This document shows positions 11,606 through 23,106 of a stretch of DNA of 35,611 bases, in pieces. The DNA comes from Octopus bimaculoides (Eukaryota): assembly GCF_001194135.2 (NCBI RefSeq), contig NC_068992.1, forward strand, positions 30,767,768 to 30,803,378, written 5' to 3'. Positions within the stretch are counted from its first letter, which is position 1, and every line of letters begins with the position of its first letter. The translations under genes were made by a program, and so were the position numbers. Under the pieces are notes generated by a model. The model ran no database searches, was not told where the DNA came from, and saw nothing but the letters and a program-made list of their open reading frames with translations.

Positions 11606-12171
11606 NNNNNNNNNNNNNNNNNNNNNNNNNNNNNNNNNNNNNNNNNNNNNNNNNNNNNNNNNNNNNNNNNNNNNNNNNNNNNNNNNNNNNNNNNNNNNNN
11701 NNNNNNNNNNNNNNNNNNNNNNNNNNNNNNNNNNNNNNNNNNNNNNNNNNNNNNNNNNNNNNNNNNNNNNNNNNNNNNNNNNNNNNNNNNNNNNNNNNNN
11801 NNNNNNNNNNNNNNNNNNNNNNNNNNNNNNNNNNNNNNNNNNNNNNNNNNNNNNNNNNNNNNNNNNNNNNNNNNNNNNNNNNNNNNNNNNNNNNNNNNNN
11901 NNNNNNNNNNNNNNNNNNNNNNNNNNNNNNNNNNNNNNNNNNNNNNNNNNNNNNNNNNNNNNNNNNNNNNNNNNNNNNNNNNNNNNNNNNNNNNNNNNNN
12001 NNNNNNNNNNNNNNNNNNNNNNNNNNNNNNNNNNNNNNNNNNNNNNNNNNNNNNNNNNNNNNNNNNNNNNNNNNNNNNNNNNNNNNNNNNNNNNNNNNNN
12101 NNNNNNNNNNNNNNNNNNNNNNNNNNNNNNNNNNNNNNNNNNNNNNNNNNNNNNNNNNNNNNNNNNNNNNN
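11606..12171. other. Assembly gap
   Basis: N run after (CA)n. Confidence 0.99.
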
Positions 12172-12500
12172 ACACATATTTGATCTGACTTGAACATTTT
12201 TCAATTTGCCCCAGTTTTCACGAATATTACACATTTGCTTTCTGCTCTGTAAAATTGTTAGATTTGTACCACTGATAAGCTAAAGAAGAAATTCATTGAA
12301 AATTAAGCAACAACTCTAGCTTAATAGCTCATTGAATATAGCTTCTAAACAGTGAAGCATTTCTTTAGTTTTGCTATACGATCACATGAAAAATTCTACG
12401 TCATTTACTGAACATGCTATCATGCGAAACAAAAGCCTTAGTCAAGCTGAATTCTAATATATAAGCATACATGTTCGAGTGTTACACACACACACACACA

Positions 12501-13436
12501 NNNNNNNNNNNNNNNNNNNNNNNNNNNNNNNNNNNNNNNNNNNNNNNNNNNNNNNNNNNNNNNNNNNNNNNNNNNNNNNNNNNNNNNNNNNNNNNNNNNN
12601 NNNNNNNNNNNNNNNNNNNNNNNNNNNNNNNNNNNNNNNNNNNNNNNNNNNNNNNNNNNNNNNNNNNNNNNNNNNNNNNNNNNNNNNNNNNNNNNNNNNN
12701 NNNNNNNNNNNNNNNNNNNNNNNNNNNNNNNNNNNNNNNNNNNNNNNNNNNNNNNNNNNNNNNNNNNNNNNNNNNNNNNNNNNNNNNNNNNNNNNNNNNN
12801 NNNNNNNNNNNNNNNNNNNNNNNNNNNNNNNNNNNNNNNNNNNNNNNNNNNNNNNNNNNNNNNNNNNNNNNNNNNNNNNNNNNNNNNNNNNNNNNNNNNN
12901 NNNNNNNNNNNNNNNNNNNNNNNNNNNNNNNNNNNNNNNNNNNNNNNNNNNNNNNNNNNNNNNNNNNNNNNNNNNNNNNNNNNNNNNNNNNNNNNNNNNN
13001 NNNNNNNNNNNNNNNNNNNNNNNNNNNNNNNNNNNNNNNNNNNNNNNNNNNNNNNNNNNNNNNNNNNNNNNNNNNNNNNNNNNNNNNNNNNNNNNNNNNN
13101 NNNNNNNNNNNNNNNNNNNNNNNNNNNNNNNNNNNNNNNNNNNNNNNNNNNNNNNNNNNNNNNNNNNNNNNNNNNNNNNNNNNNNNNNNNNNNNNNNNNN
13201 NNNNNNNNNNNNNNNNNNNNNNNNNNNNNNNNNNNNNNNNNNNNNNNNNNNNNNNNNNNNNNNNNNNNNNNNNNNNNNNNNNNNNNNNNNNNNNNNNNNN
13301 NNNNNNNNNNNNNNNNNNNNNNNNNNNNNNNNNNNNNNNNNNNNNNNNNNNNNNNNNNNNNNNNNNNNNNNNNNNNNNNNNNNNNNNNNNNNNNNNNNNN
13401 NNNNNNNNNNNNNNNNNNNNNNNNNNNNNNNNNNNN
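12501..13436. other. Assembly gap
   Basis: N run between (CA)n and (TA)n. Confidence 0.99.
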
Positions 13437-13771
13437 ATATATATATATATATATATACTTATGTATATGTGTATATGTGAATCCAAACATATATGCGCGC
13501 ACGCGTATGTGTTTGTGTGCGGCGGTCTATGTATTTTTGAGTATGTGTATTAGTCCGCTGTTTTGCATTTCTAATTGGTACATATTTACGAATTAATGCG
13601 TGAAATAAGAAGAACCCATTATTATCAAGTGTTCTTTTTATATTCTTTAAAACCTCTTGTGTAGCTATAAAAGTTTTACCATCTCAAATATTTATTAAAT
13701 CTAATGGACGGTTACTCAACCAACCGAGATATGGCCCATAATGAAATGGTTATGAATACAAAATCGCTTAC

Positions 13772-13818
13772 AGGCACCATTGTGGTATCCATCAGCTTCT
13801 TCATTCAAAGCGTTGGTG
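13772..13818 (-). CDS. Candidate small exon
   Basis: ctattactgctacaaag|C+TNALNEEADGYHNGA+T|gtaagc. Strong donor, only one frame open, and it ends in phase 1, matching 10417. Confidence 0.25.
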
Positions 13819-13856
13819 CTTTGTAGCAGTAATAGGGCAATGAAATACACATCCTC

Positions 13857-14251
13857 AGCCCGTTTTGCTATCATTCCTCGGGCGCCTATGACGTTAGTCT
13901 TGAGGTCCCACCTTTTGACAATTTGTATTTCAAGATCTTAGGTTTTTGGTAGGTCTTGACAGATACATTTATAGGGATTGAGACACTCATATCAATGAGG
14001 AGGCATGATTTTTGTCTGAAGTCTTTTAATATAATATCTGGCCCCATTTGCATCCATCTTCAGAGGAGTGATATGTGATAATTTTCAAGCACTGGAGGTG
14101 TTAGGGTGCCCACAATATTTTATCATGGGGCAGGTCCAGGTTTTTGCAAATTACCCAGTGAATATATTATGCTGCTCTCATGCCTGATGAGATACTCTGT
14201 AGGCGAAAGAAGACTGCACATGGACACAACAAGGTTAAGGGTTTCATTTTG

Positions 14252-14252
<1 letters not shown>
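13857..14252 (-). mobile_element. RLE-type LINE, subfamily C, zinc-knuckle and endonuclease fragment
   Basis: Minus strand: ETLNLVVSMCSLLSPTEYLIRHERAA*YIHWVICKNLDLPH…PDIILKDFRQKSCLLIDMSV…NVSVKTYQK…IGARGMIAK. The 5' junction abuts (TAA)n on the coding strand. It ends where the 3946 fragment begins. Confidence 0.85.
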
Positions 14253-14307
<55 letters not shown>

Positions 14308-14333
14308 GTTGTTGTTATCATCATTAACATCAC

Positions 14334-14368
<35 letters not shown>
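14253..14368 (-). repeat. (TGA)n then (CAA)/(TAA)n array linking two LINE fragments
   Basis: The plus strand reads (TTA)n, (TTG)n, (CAT)n. Confidence 0.97.
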
Positions 14369-14369
<1 letters not shown>

Positions 14370-15385
14370 TCAATAGCCTTATTTTTATCACGTCCTTTCA
14401 CTGCACTACTCAGCGCAGCTCTGTATGCCTTGTGTATATGCTGTGGTTTGTTGTGATGCTTTTATTGTTATTTTATCGAAAGTGTTTTACGTAGTATGTG
14501 TGCGGTGCTTAGTAGTGCAATTTTCTACATGCTATATATATTTTATAGGCCTATTGATTTTGTAATGTATGAATGGTTTTTATCATACCTAATGCAGATA
14601 GGAATTGTTTCTGTGTTTAAACTCCACATTCCAGTTACCTGTATTTCTAGGTCTTTGTAGATTGAAAGTTTCTCTTTTTATTTTAGAGAAACGTTGTCAC
14701 CTGTTGGTATTGACACATCGATTAGAAAGCATATCTTTTCTTGATGATCTCTGATAACTATATTCAGCATATTGGCCTTAATTTCTCTATGTGGTGTGTG
14801 TCAATAGCATCTTTTTTCTGTTGCTAATCCATAGTGTTCGCATAGGTCTCAACTATGTCGTATCTGTGAATATATTCGTTCTGAGCCTGGACTGGGCAGC
14901 CAGAGACTATATTGTTTATTTGTTCTTGTCCATCTCCACATATTCTGCAGTTACTTATGTTTCTTTTCATTATATTTCTGGTAATTTCTGGCGGGAGGTT
15001 TCGGTTTTGTGCTGCAATTAAAAATCCTCCAGTCTCTGTTTCGAGTCCGGATTTTATCAGCCATTGTTAGGATTTTGCGTTGTCTAATTCTTATCCATTT
15101 AGTTTAACCCAGTATTTGGCATGTAAGGGCTTTTCTTGCCATCGCTTCTTCATGATCCGTTGCTATTACTCTAACACGTCTATAGTATTCTTTTTTTAAT
15201 TTTCTCTTTCATTTGTGTGTATAGTATCGTATCTAGTTCATTGATTTCTAAGTAATTGTATGTCTGGCTTTGATCTCATGCACTTATTTCATTTGCTTTA
15301 TCTAGTGTTATGTTGCTATTCTTAACTAGTTTTCCTCTTTTCAAGATTTGCTTTGGCACATTTTTCTAAGCCAAATTTCATATTT
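14369..15385 (-). mobile_element. RLE-type LINE, subfamily B, decayed and internally deleted
   Basis: Minus strand: NMKFGLEKCAK…KRGKLVKNSNITLDKANEI…QMKEKIKKEYYRRVR // KRWQEKPLHAKYW…SGLETETGGFLIAAQN…CRICGDGQE…VSGCPV. The 3' UTR matches 6950-7044 (caaaccacagca…cagagctgcgct). Confidence 0.9.
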
Positions 15386-15581
15386 TGTTATAATATTCAG
15401 GAGGAAATGATCTTGAAGCATTTTATCATTGAAGATGTCAATAATCATGAAGCATCCAAAATGATAAATAATTTTGGTGTTAGGGGAAATAGGCAGAATT
15501 ATAGCATGCTGTTTTATGTGCATTATGAAAGACATATTTTCCAAATAACTGAGAACGAAGATCGAGGACATTTCCTGATAC

Positions 15582-15610
15582 TCAACCGAAAGATGAGCAC
15601 TCCATCGTTT
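15582..15610 (-). CDS. Candidate micro-exon
   Basis: Strong pyrimidine tract ttttttattttatcttcaatattcttag|KRWSAHLSV+GA|gtatca. Phase 2, compatible with 13818. The donor was picked post hoc. Confidence 0.15.
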
Positions 15611-16599
15611 CTAAGAATATTGAAGATAAAATAAAAAAGAAATCTACATTGGGGTCAATGTTGTTAATTGTAAAAGAATGAAATGCTTGGAAGGTGTGTA
15701 AGCAAATGCAAAATCTCTAATTAAGTACAATGGCCATCGCTGATTAACAGCTTCTGCAGCGTGCAAAACTTACTATTTATTTGAGTAGCAAGCGTACTAA
15801 TATTTGTTAACAGCGAAAGAAAAAGGAAATATATTATATCTATATTTAATCTCCATACTACACTGAAGCATATATTATGTATACATATTTCTTTACGCAC
15901 ACATATTTATGTACATACATACATATATACATACACACACCTATGTGTGTATATACATGTGTGTGTGTGTGCATGTGTGTGTATGTGCATGTGTGTGTGT
16001 GGCAGGTAAAAAGTAACAAACGTATATATACATATATATATATATACAGACAGGGAACGAGAAAGATAGATAGTTATACAACATACTTACATACATTCAT
16101 ACATACATACATACCTATACACATACATACATACATACATACAAACATGCATGCATGCGTACACAGATGTGAATAACTATGCAAACATACACGATATCTC
16201 TGCGCATGTCTATGGCGATTCGTCAATAAAATACAGCTCGTTACATTCAGGGAATAATTTATCCGGAATAATTTCCGGATAAATATTATTGATAATTAAT
16301 CCATAGGCACGATTTTCAATTACTCCTGTTTATTGATCTGCATATAAATACATATATACAGACATATATACGTATGTGTGTTTAGATATATACGTATACA
16401 AATATCGGTATACATATCCAATAAATATACATATACATACACACAATTTTGCCCTCTGTGATGTCATTTCAAATTCTACAATAACATTTGGCACAACTCA
16501 TAATGATTGATTATTTAGAAATTCTGTCTTGAGGTTTTCATTTATTTTCTGATTTCGTTAATTTCACTGTTATTATCATGAGTGCCATTTCTTAAAATA

Positions 16600-16880
16600 A
16601 ATATCAATATTTCTTTCTAAATTTATTGTAGGAACACACAAGCTTTTATTAAAACTATATTTAACTTCAGTTTTTTCGACGTCCTAAACGTCTTTCTTTT
16701 GTAAATTTGCTTTTGTTCATAATTCCAATATAGCCTGGCATGAACTTCGTTAAAATACTCATCAGAGTTAGTGGTTGCGAATAGTACAGTGGGTAAATAA
16801 TGAAATATTTAAATAAGTTATTTATGCGAGTTTCGATGTTGTCCTTGCAATGACATTTAATAGTCTACTACTTGTACAGT
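16600..16880 (-). mobile_element. Probable Penelope-like element 3' end (pLTR) with degenerate hammerhead-like motif
   Basis: The minus strand has a faint K-C-x-x C-terminal trace, then ACTCTGATGAGTATTTTAACGAAGTTCATGCCAG (CUGAUGAG…CGAA core). Confidence 0.35.
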
Positions 16881-17043
16881 TCTTGTATACTGATGGACTG
16901 TAATTGAAATATGCTGGCAGAAGTAGAAAATTCTTTATACTTCTCTCTCATTCTATCACTTCAGTACATATATTGATCATTGATGCACACATACATACAA
17001 ACAAACATGTATATTTGTATGTTTTGCTCAATAATGTACATGA

Positions 17044-17080
<37 letters not shown>

Positions 17081-17091
17081 CACACAACATA

Positions 17092-18340
17092 CAGTTGTTG
17101 GACAAAATAACGGAAATACCTTGAAATTCCAAACAGATTTATCTTCATACGGGGTAGGACCGCTTTGGAGCTTTGGACTCCTACAAAATTTGAATTATTT
17201 TCAAAGTAATTTTTGTTCCTTTTTCAACTAAAACATTCTCCAGTTCTTGTAGCGATGGTGGTAGACGATATCGACGCCTGACTTGCTTTTCTAAAATGCG
17301 CCAATGTTCGATAATATTCAGATCCGGGGACTGTGGTGGCCAGATAAGATTTTCAACTTCATTAGAATGCTCCTCGTAGCAGTTAGTAAAAACTTTAGCT
17401 GTGTGAATTGGTGCATTATCATCCTGAATGGTGTTTTCCCCCGAAAACCGTTCTACAAGCATAGATAACCATAGATTGTATCAGATAAAATGCTTAAATA
17501 GTCTTGACTTTTAATTCTACCATGAAAGGAAGCCATTGGGCCGGCGGATTTCTAAGATATAGCGCCGGCGCATCAGATCATCATAGATCCTCCGCCATAT
17601 TTAACAGTTGGAAGAAGGCAGTCTGGGTCAAATGCTTATTTTGGCTGTTTCCACACGTATACTCGGCCGGTGATAGGAAATATGGTAAAAGATGGCTCGT
17701 ACGCGAAAATAACATTGTTCCACTGCTCTAGAGAACAATTCTATAGGTTTTTACCCACTGTAAACGATTTGCAACTTTTGTTTTTGAAAGTAGTAATTTT
17801 CTGATCGCAGCCATCCTGTAAATCCGGCTTTGTGCAGCTCCTGGCGAACAGTTTTTTATGGCAACTGGGTTCTCGAGGTGGTCGTTAAGCGCTGCAGTAA
17901 TTTTGGGAGATGTTCTTTTGTGTTCCTTTGTAACAAATTGCGTAAGATTTGACGTTCCCTATCTGAAAGTTTTGGTTTTCTCCCGGAGTTTTGTTTTGAC
18001 CAAAAGGTATTAGCCTCTTTCTCAAAGACTGTCATTACTTTCCAAACAGTAATTCTTGATACAGCAAGTATTTCGACTGCTTTTTTTTAGGCTAGTGCCT
18101 GTCATATTAGCACCAACAATCTGACCTGTTTCAATGTCCAATAGATCTGTCGTTTTAATGAATTTTAATTACCTTTTTCTCATGATATCTGAAAAGAAAC
18201 AGCAATTTCAGCAAAACATGTTAAGCGACACTAATAATAAATTTAAAAACATAAAAATAAACAAGCTTTTGACGTTTCATAGACATTTTAAAATTATGAT
18301 GTTATGATGCAAGGTGTTTCCATTATTTTGTCCAACCATG
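17092..18340 (-). mobile_element. Complete but inactive Tc1-family (DD34E) DNA transposon, 1249 bp
   Basis: TIRs CAGTTGTTGGACAAAATAACGGAAATACCTTG and rc CATGGTTGGACAAAATAATGGAAACACCTTG (28/32). TA flanks at 17090-91 and 18341-42. The transposase (~17145-18155, minus) shows GQIVGA…SLEQWNNVIFAYEPSF (first D lost)…QDDNAPIHTAK…WPPQSPDLNIIE…PTPY, with frameshifts. Confidence 0.95.
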
Positions 18341-18463
18341 TATATGTATATATATATAGAGAGAGAGAGAGGGAGAGAGAAATATCTATTCTTATGATTT
18401 CAGAAACACACTCAATTGCTCAAGCAAGCACATAAACGCAAAAATGCTAAACATATACATATG

Positions 18464-18514
<51 letters not shown>

Positions 18515-19050
18515 ATATATACATATATATAGATGTACACATATTTATACACACACATCACGTAAATACATATACAACTATACAACGACCACATTCGCAT
18601 TTACTTCATCACATACACAAACAGAAACAAATATCATATGCATAAAGATATAAAAATACAAACCATCATCAACTGCCTTACATATCCAAATATCACAGTT
18701 TCCGATTTATCGATCTAAAGTATCTCACATATGAAAACAAACTGACGGCATTGAGGCGTTGCCTTTTGTGGTAACGTATTTGATTGTTCAGGCATTCGTA
18801 CAGAGAAGCACGAATGATAGTTACGAAATGCATATTTACTTAGATGTTAGAGTTTCAAGTCATTTCAGCTATGCTTGGAGGGAGTGCATGGAGGAAAGTG
18901 GATAAATTGATATACAGGCAGATAAATTGAAATATAGGTAGCTATACATAGGAAGGTTTATTATGAAATAATATAATTCTAGAGAATTATTATATCAAAA
19001 ATGTGTCCAGAAATGCATGCACACGATCATTCACAGTCATGTATGATATT

Positions 19051-19209
19051 GATTTTAAATTTTGGCGCATGGTCGGCATTTTATTACTTATTTTATCGAT
19101 CCTGTGAGTATGAAAGTGAAGGTCGACGCTTACGAAAATTGAACTGAGAACGTTGTGACGGAAAAAATACCGCTAAGCATATATTCTGGCATGCTAGCGG
19201 TTCTGCCAC
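19051..19209 (-). mobile_element. SINE family 2
   Basis: The reverse complement GTGGCAGAACCGCTAGCATGCCAG…GCTTAGCGGTATT…CAGTTCAATT…GTCGACCTTCACTTTCAT…GATCGATAAAATAAGTA is homologous to 7091-7293. Confidence 0.65.
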
Positions 19210-19450
19210 TTGACCTCATCTTTAACGTCAATCTCTTACCTACTTCACTCGTTAGACTGCCGCTATTAGGTACCAAGGTGAAGGCTCTTGTGGAATGAGT
19301 CGCCCACAGTACGTAATATCTTAAAGTCTGAGTTACGGGGATGGAAGCACAAAGAAAAAACGTTATCATGCGGCTGTGTTCGACAAACACAAGTACAAAG
19401 TCACAAACACACTCACATGTTGGTACATACATACATACACACGCAAATAC

Positions 19451-19512
<62 letters not shown>

Positions 19513-19517
19513 GCATA

Positions 19518-21040
19518 CTAACAGAGGCACTTGGCGTAGCCCGAGAATGACATTGTTCTTTATATATTGGAAGATAAAAGCAAAATATGGTGTGTAGAAA
19601 TTCGTTATTCCAAATTCAATTTATTCTTCAGATGGGATAGAATTTATTCTTTAATTGTGAAATGACTTGTGAATTCATAATAAAAAGTAACAATAATAAC
19701 AAAAAACGAAATTACAAAATTGACCACTTTTATGAAAGGAAATACATTCTATCACATATGCTGAATGACATTTCGTAAGAGCTCCTAGGTTAACACCATT
19801 CTTCGTTTTCAGGTTTTGAGCATAGACAAATAAGTCTTGCAATCTATCAACCTTGAAGCGACGAACATAAGGCTCAATTAAGTGCAAGCCTGTAGATATC
19901 AAAGTCTGACCTTGAGTTTTATTCATAGACATTTCGAAGCAAAGTCGCACTGTGAATTGTGTTCGTTTGAACTAAAATGGCATGTTTGCTGGTTTGATTG
20001 GAAATTCTTTGAATGAAAACTTCTTCCCTAGAGGCACATCTCGTGATGATCGTAGCTTCTATCATACTAGGTGATAATGTCTTCACAATCAACCTTGTCT
20101 CTTTGCATAATTTAGGAGGATCTAAATTTCTTAGGAGTATTATTGGGACTCCTGCCTTCAGAAACTTTTATGTGGAACAGTTCCAGGTGGATCAAGGGAA
20201 TTAAGGAATTCTATTGGATAATCGACAGCTCGATTTTCTTCAAAGATCGAATCAATTGATTTGTACTTCTTAATGACTGTTGGAATCTTATTCATCAATT
20301 CATGGTTAATACTTGATATTGTTTCATTTTTTAGAGCAAGAATTGCCCTTTCACACATCCGTTTAAGTGTATTATAACTATTACTTAAGCCTGGAGATAC
20401 CCTGTTCTTCAATTCAGCTGGGGAATTCACCGTGATAGTAATACGAGTCAAACTGATATCACCATTCTCATCAAATGGTACTTTCCTATTTTCTAATTGG
20501 AGGAGCCAGGTTGAAAACTGTCTTGCAAATCGGTCCCCATGTAATAAAGTTCGGACGTTAATATTGAAGGAAAATTTCAGTACTTTATTTCATACGTGTG
20601 AAGAATTAACGCTTGCTTTCATTTCATCAGATCTTGTTCATCTCGGAATGACTAGTAATATATGTCTGAAGTCTCCTGATAAACTACTGTAACTCTTATA
20701 GATTTATTGTTGCCTCTTATGTCCTGCAAGGTCTTATTAAGAGCTTCAATTGCACTTCTATTGGACATCGCGAATTCATCACAAATGATCAGGTAGCATT
20801 GACACAACACTTCTAAACTTGAGTCTTTGTTTATGTTACAAATTGGACTGTCATTTGTGACTAGGTTTAGCGGTAATTTAAAAGCAGAATGTGCTGTTCG
20901 TCTTCTTGAGAGTATGGTGGCAGCAAATCCAGATAATAGTATAGCAACTGCAATTCTTTTTTGTTACCTTACCTTGGAGAGTAGCAATGTCGTTACAAAT
21001 GTTTTACCTGTGCTATCGGAAGCATCAGGAAAAACAAGTC
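19518..21040 (-). mobile_element. Helitron 3' portion with decayed PIF1-like helicase
   Basis: Minus strand: FFLDASDSTGKTFV (Walker A)…AATILSRRRTAHSAFKLPL…LIICDEFAMS (motif II)…ERAILALKNE…YKSIDS…YPIEFLNSLDPPG…LCFEMSMNKTQGQTL (motif V). The terminus CGGGCTACGCCAAGTGCCTCTGTTAG|T resembles a Helitron hairpin plus CTAG (here TTAG). Confidence 0.9.
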
Positions 21041-22177
21041 ATCTGCTTTTTCTGATGCGCACACGCACACACATACACACACAAATAGTCTCCCACGCAC
21101 GCACACACATATACACCAAATGAAATGGACTTGTGTGAGAGAGAGAGAAAGCGCGAGTGAAGGGGTGTGTTATGTATACGTACATACATAAATATACAAG
21201 CATTCATCTTTTTGCATGTATGTGTGCGTCTGTGTGTGAGAAAGATTGTCAGTGCCACTTAGAGATCACTTTCTCTCTCTTTGTCTCTCTCTCTCTCTTT
21301 TACACTTACACATGCACTACATACAAGGAAGAAGTATGCATATGTATTTACGTATGTACGTATACATGACAATACAACACTTTACACACTATCTCTCTCT
21401 CACCCACATACATAAATGTATACAAAAGTACATAGAAAAGCACACGTGTGCGTGTATGACTGACTGCAAATACATAGAGATGAACACGGCGCACGAAAAG
21501 TGAATAAATAAAACAAAAAATATTATGGAAATTAACGAAGTCTGCGGGTTCGAATGCCCATATTCTTTTGGACGTCCCATGTTAAATTTCAGAATTTTAA
21601 TATGATATTTTTGTAATAACGAATATGAAACCTGTAGTGTGTGTGTGCGTGCGCGAGTGCATCTACGTTTGTGCGTGAGCGCGTTTGTATGTGTGAGAGA
21701 CAGAGAGAGAGGTGAGGTGGAGAGAACGTTGCAAATATTAAATGAAAAAATCGTATAAATAGAAGCACGTTAAAAACTATAATGTAACGAATATTTAAAT
21801 TTGTGAACTTAGTAAATATTTCCTTTGGTAATTTATCGCAGTTGTTTGCAAACAGCGAATCAAAACTTGAAATAAAAACATTAGATTGAGGAGATAGAGA
21901 TTTCGAAAATGAAAACAGAAAATTGGACATTGAGAAAACTTTTTAAGGAAGTTAATCATAAATATAAAGCAATATTATTCATTTTTAATAAGAATGAAAA
22001 ATAATCTGATGACCCTATTATGTTTCCGAGGTCAAATTATTCAGGCATTCCAAGTATGGAAGCATCTCGCGCAGCTGTTCCGCGGGAAAAGCGAATAAAC
22101 ACACACGCATGTCTATTTTATTCTCTATATATGTGTGTGTCTGTGTGTGTGTGCATGTGTGTATACAAATATGTATG

Positions 22178-22208
<31 letters not shown>

Positions 22209-22735
22209 GACGAGGTTATTATACATATATACGATGAGATTCCGTCTATAAAGTCTATTCACAGAGATTTGCTCAGCCTAGTGATATAGTAGAAATCACA
22301 TACACAATGATCTATGAAGTAGGTTTGAGCCTAGAAACAAAATTTTTGAGAGGTCAACTTATTATCGCACAGACACACCTGCGCCTATGTTCACGAAATG
22401 CAAAATTTTCTTCTACCATGACGTAAGGATACCAAGCTATCATGTCAATATTGTCACAAACAAGAATTGAGAAACCTGTTTTTGCGCTTCTTTATTTACT
22501 GACAAAGATGCCAGTGAGAGTGTAATTAAGACATCCATTATCGCCACAAAACATAATGATGAATAAATACTTAAGAATTTGGATGAGATATATTAAACAA
22601 CGTTACTCGTATAGCTGTATCGCGTTAGTTGCATCAACAATCTGTATCTAATGAAATCTAAAACTAACTGAGATGTTTTATAGCCACTTTAATCTTTCTA
22701 CCACTAGACATATTGACGCATTCCATATATTGCAG

Positions 22736-22900
22736 TGTGTAAAACTATCGGAAGCTATGGGAGAAGGGAAACAAATGTCAGTGATATTTGCAGCCGATGG
22801 AGGTCACAGAACGTTAGTTAATGTTAGCTCCGATGGGATTCATTTCTCAGTTCGATTATCTGGCACAGTGGGCAGAAATATGATGAGTATAGATATATAG
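22736..22900 (+). CDS. Possible terminal exon or short ORF, unassigned
   Basis: ttgcag|CVKLSEAMGEGKQMSVIFAADGGHRTLVNVSSDGIHFSVRLSGTVGRNMMSIDI*. Many codons start with a purine. No family recognised. Confidence 0.15.
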   Translation, partial: CVKLSEAMGEGKQMSVIFAADGGHRTLVNVSSDGIHFSVRLSGTVGRNMMSIDI

Positions 22901-23106
22901 AGCAAATGGAATTCCTGATCAGATAAGTCAATGCATTCGTGCTTGCTTTCGGTTCGCTGAAAGCCAATGCCATTACATTTAGGTTATAAGTTCAGTTTAG
23001 GAAAGTCACATTTATGCACTTACATATTATCTTTCTTCACTTAAATCTTCACTCTCCACTTGCCCATATCTATTTATCTGTCACCTCTCTCTCCCACCCT
23101 CTCTCT

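Noticed and set aside
14184-14208. CTGATGAG…GCGAAA hammerhead-like string
   Set aside because: It lies on the antisense strand of LINE coding sequence, stem II is poor, and there are no stems I or III.
15341-15634. In-register ORFs on both strands, each with an acceptor-like site
   Set aside because: The 15341-15385 part is LINE RT sequence in another frame, and the plus-strand pyrimidine tract is antisense LINE. No homology recognised.
22006-22036. CTGATGACC…GGTCAAA hammerhead-like string
   Set aside because: It lacks the GAAA box and has no supporting stems or PLE context.
22669-22744. Minus-strand mini-exon FYTLQYMECVNMSSGRKIKVAIKHL with a kinase-like VAIK motif
   Set aside because: No glycine-rich loop, no other kinase subdomains in the window, and its phase does not fit the other candidate exons.
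22780-22810. Cadherin-like AxDGG motif (VIFAADGG)
   Set aside because: It lacks the DxNDN, LDRE and other cadherin motifs.
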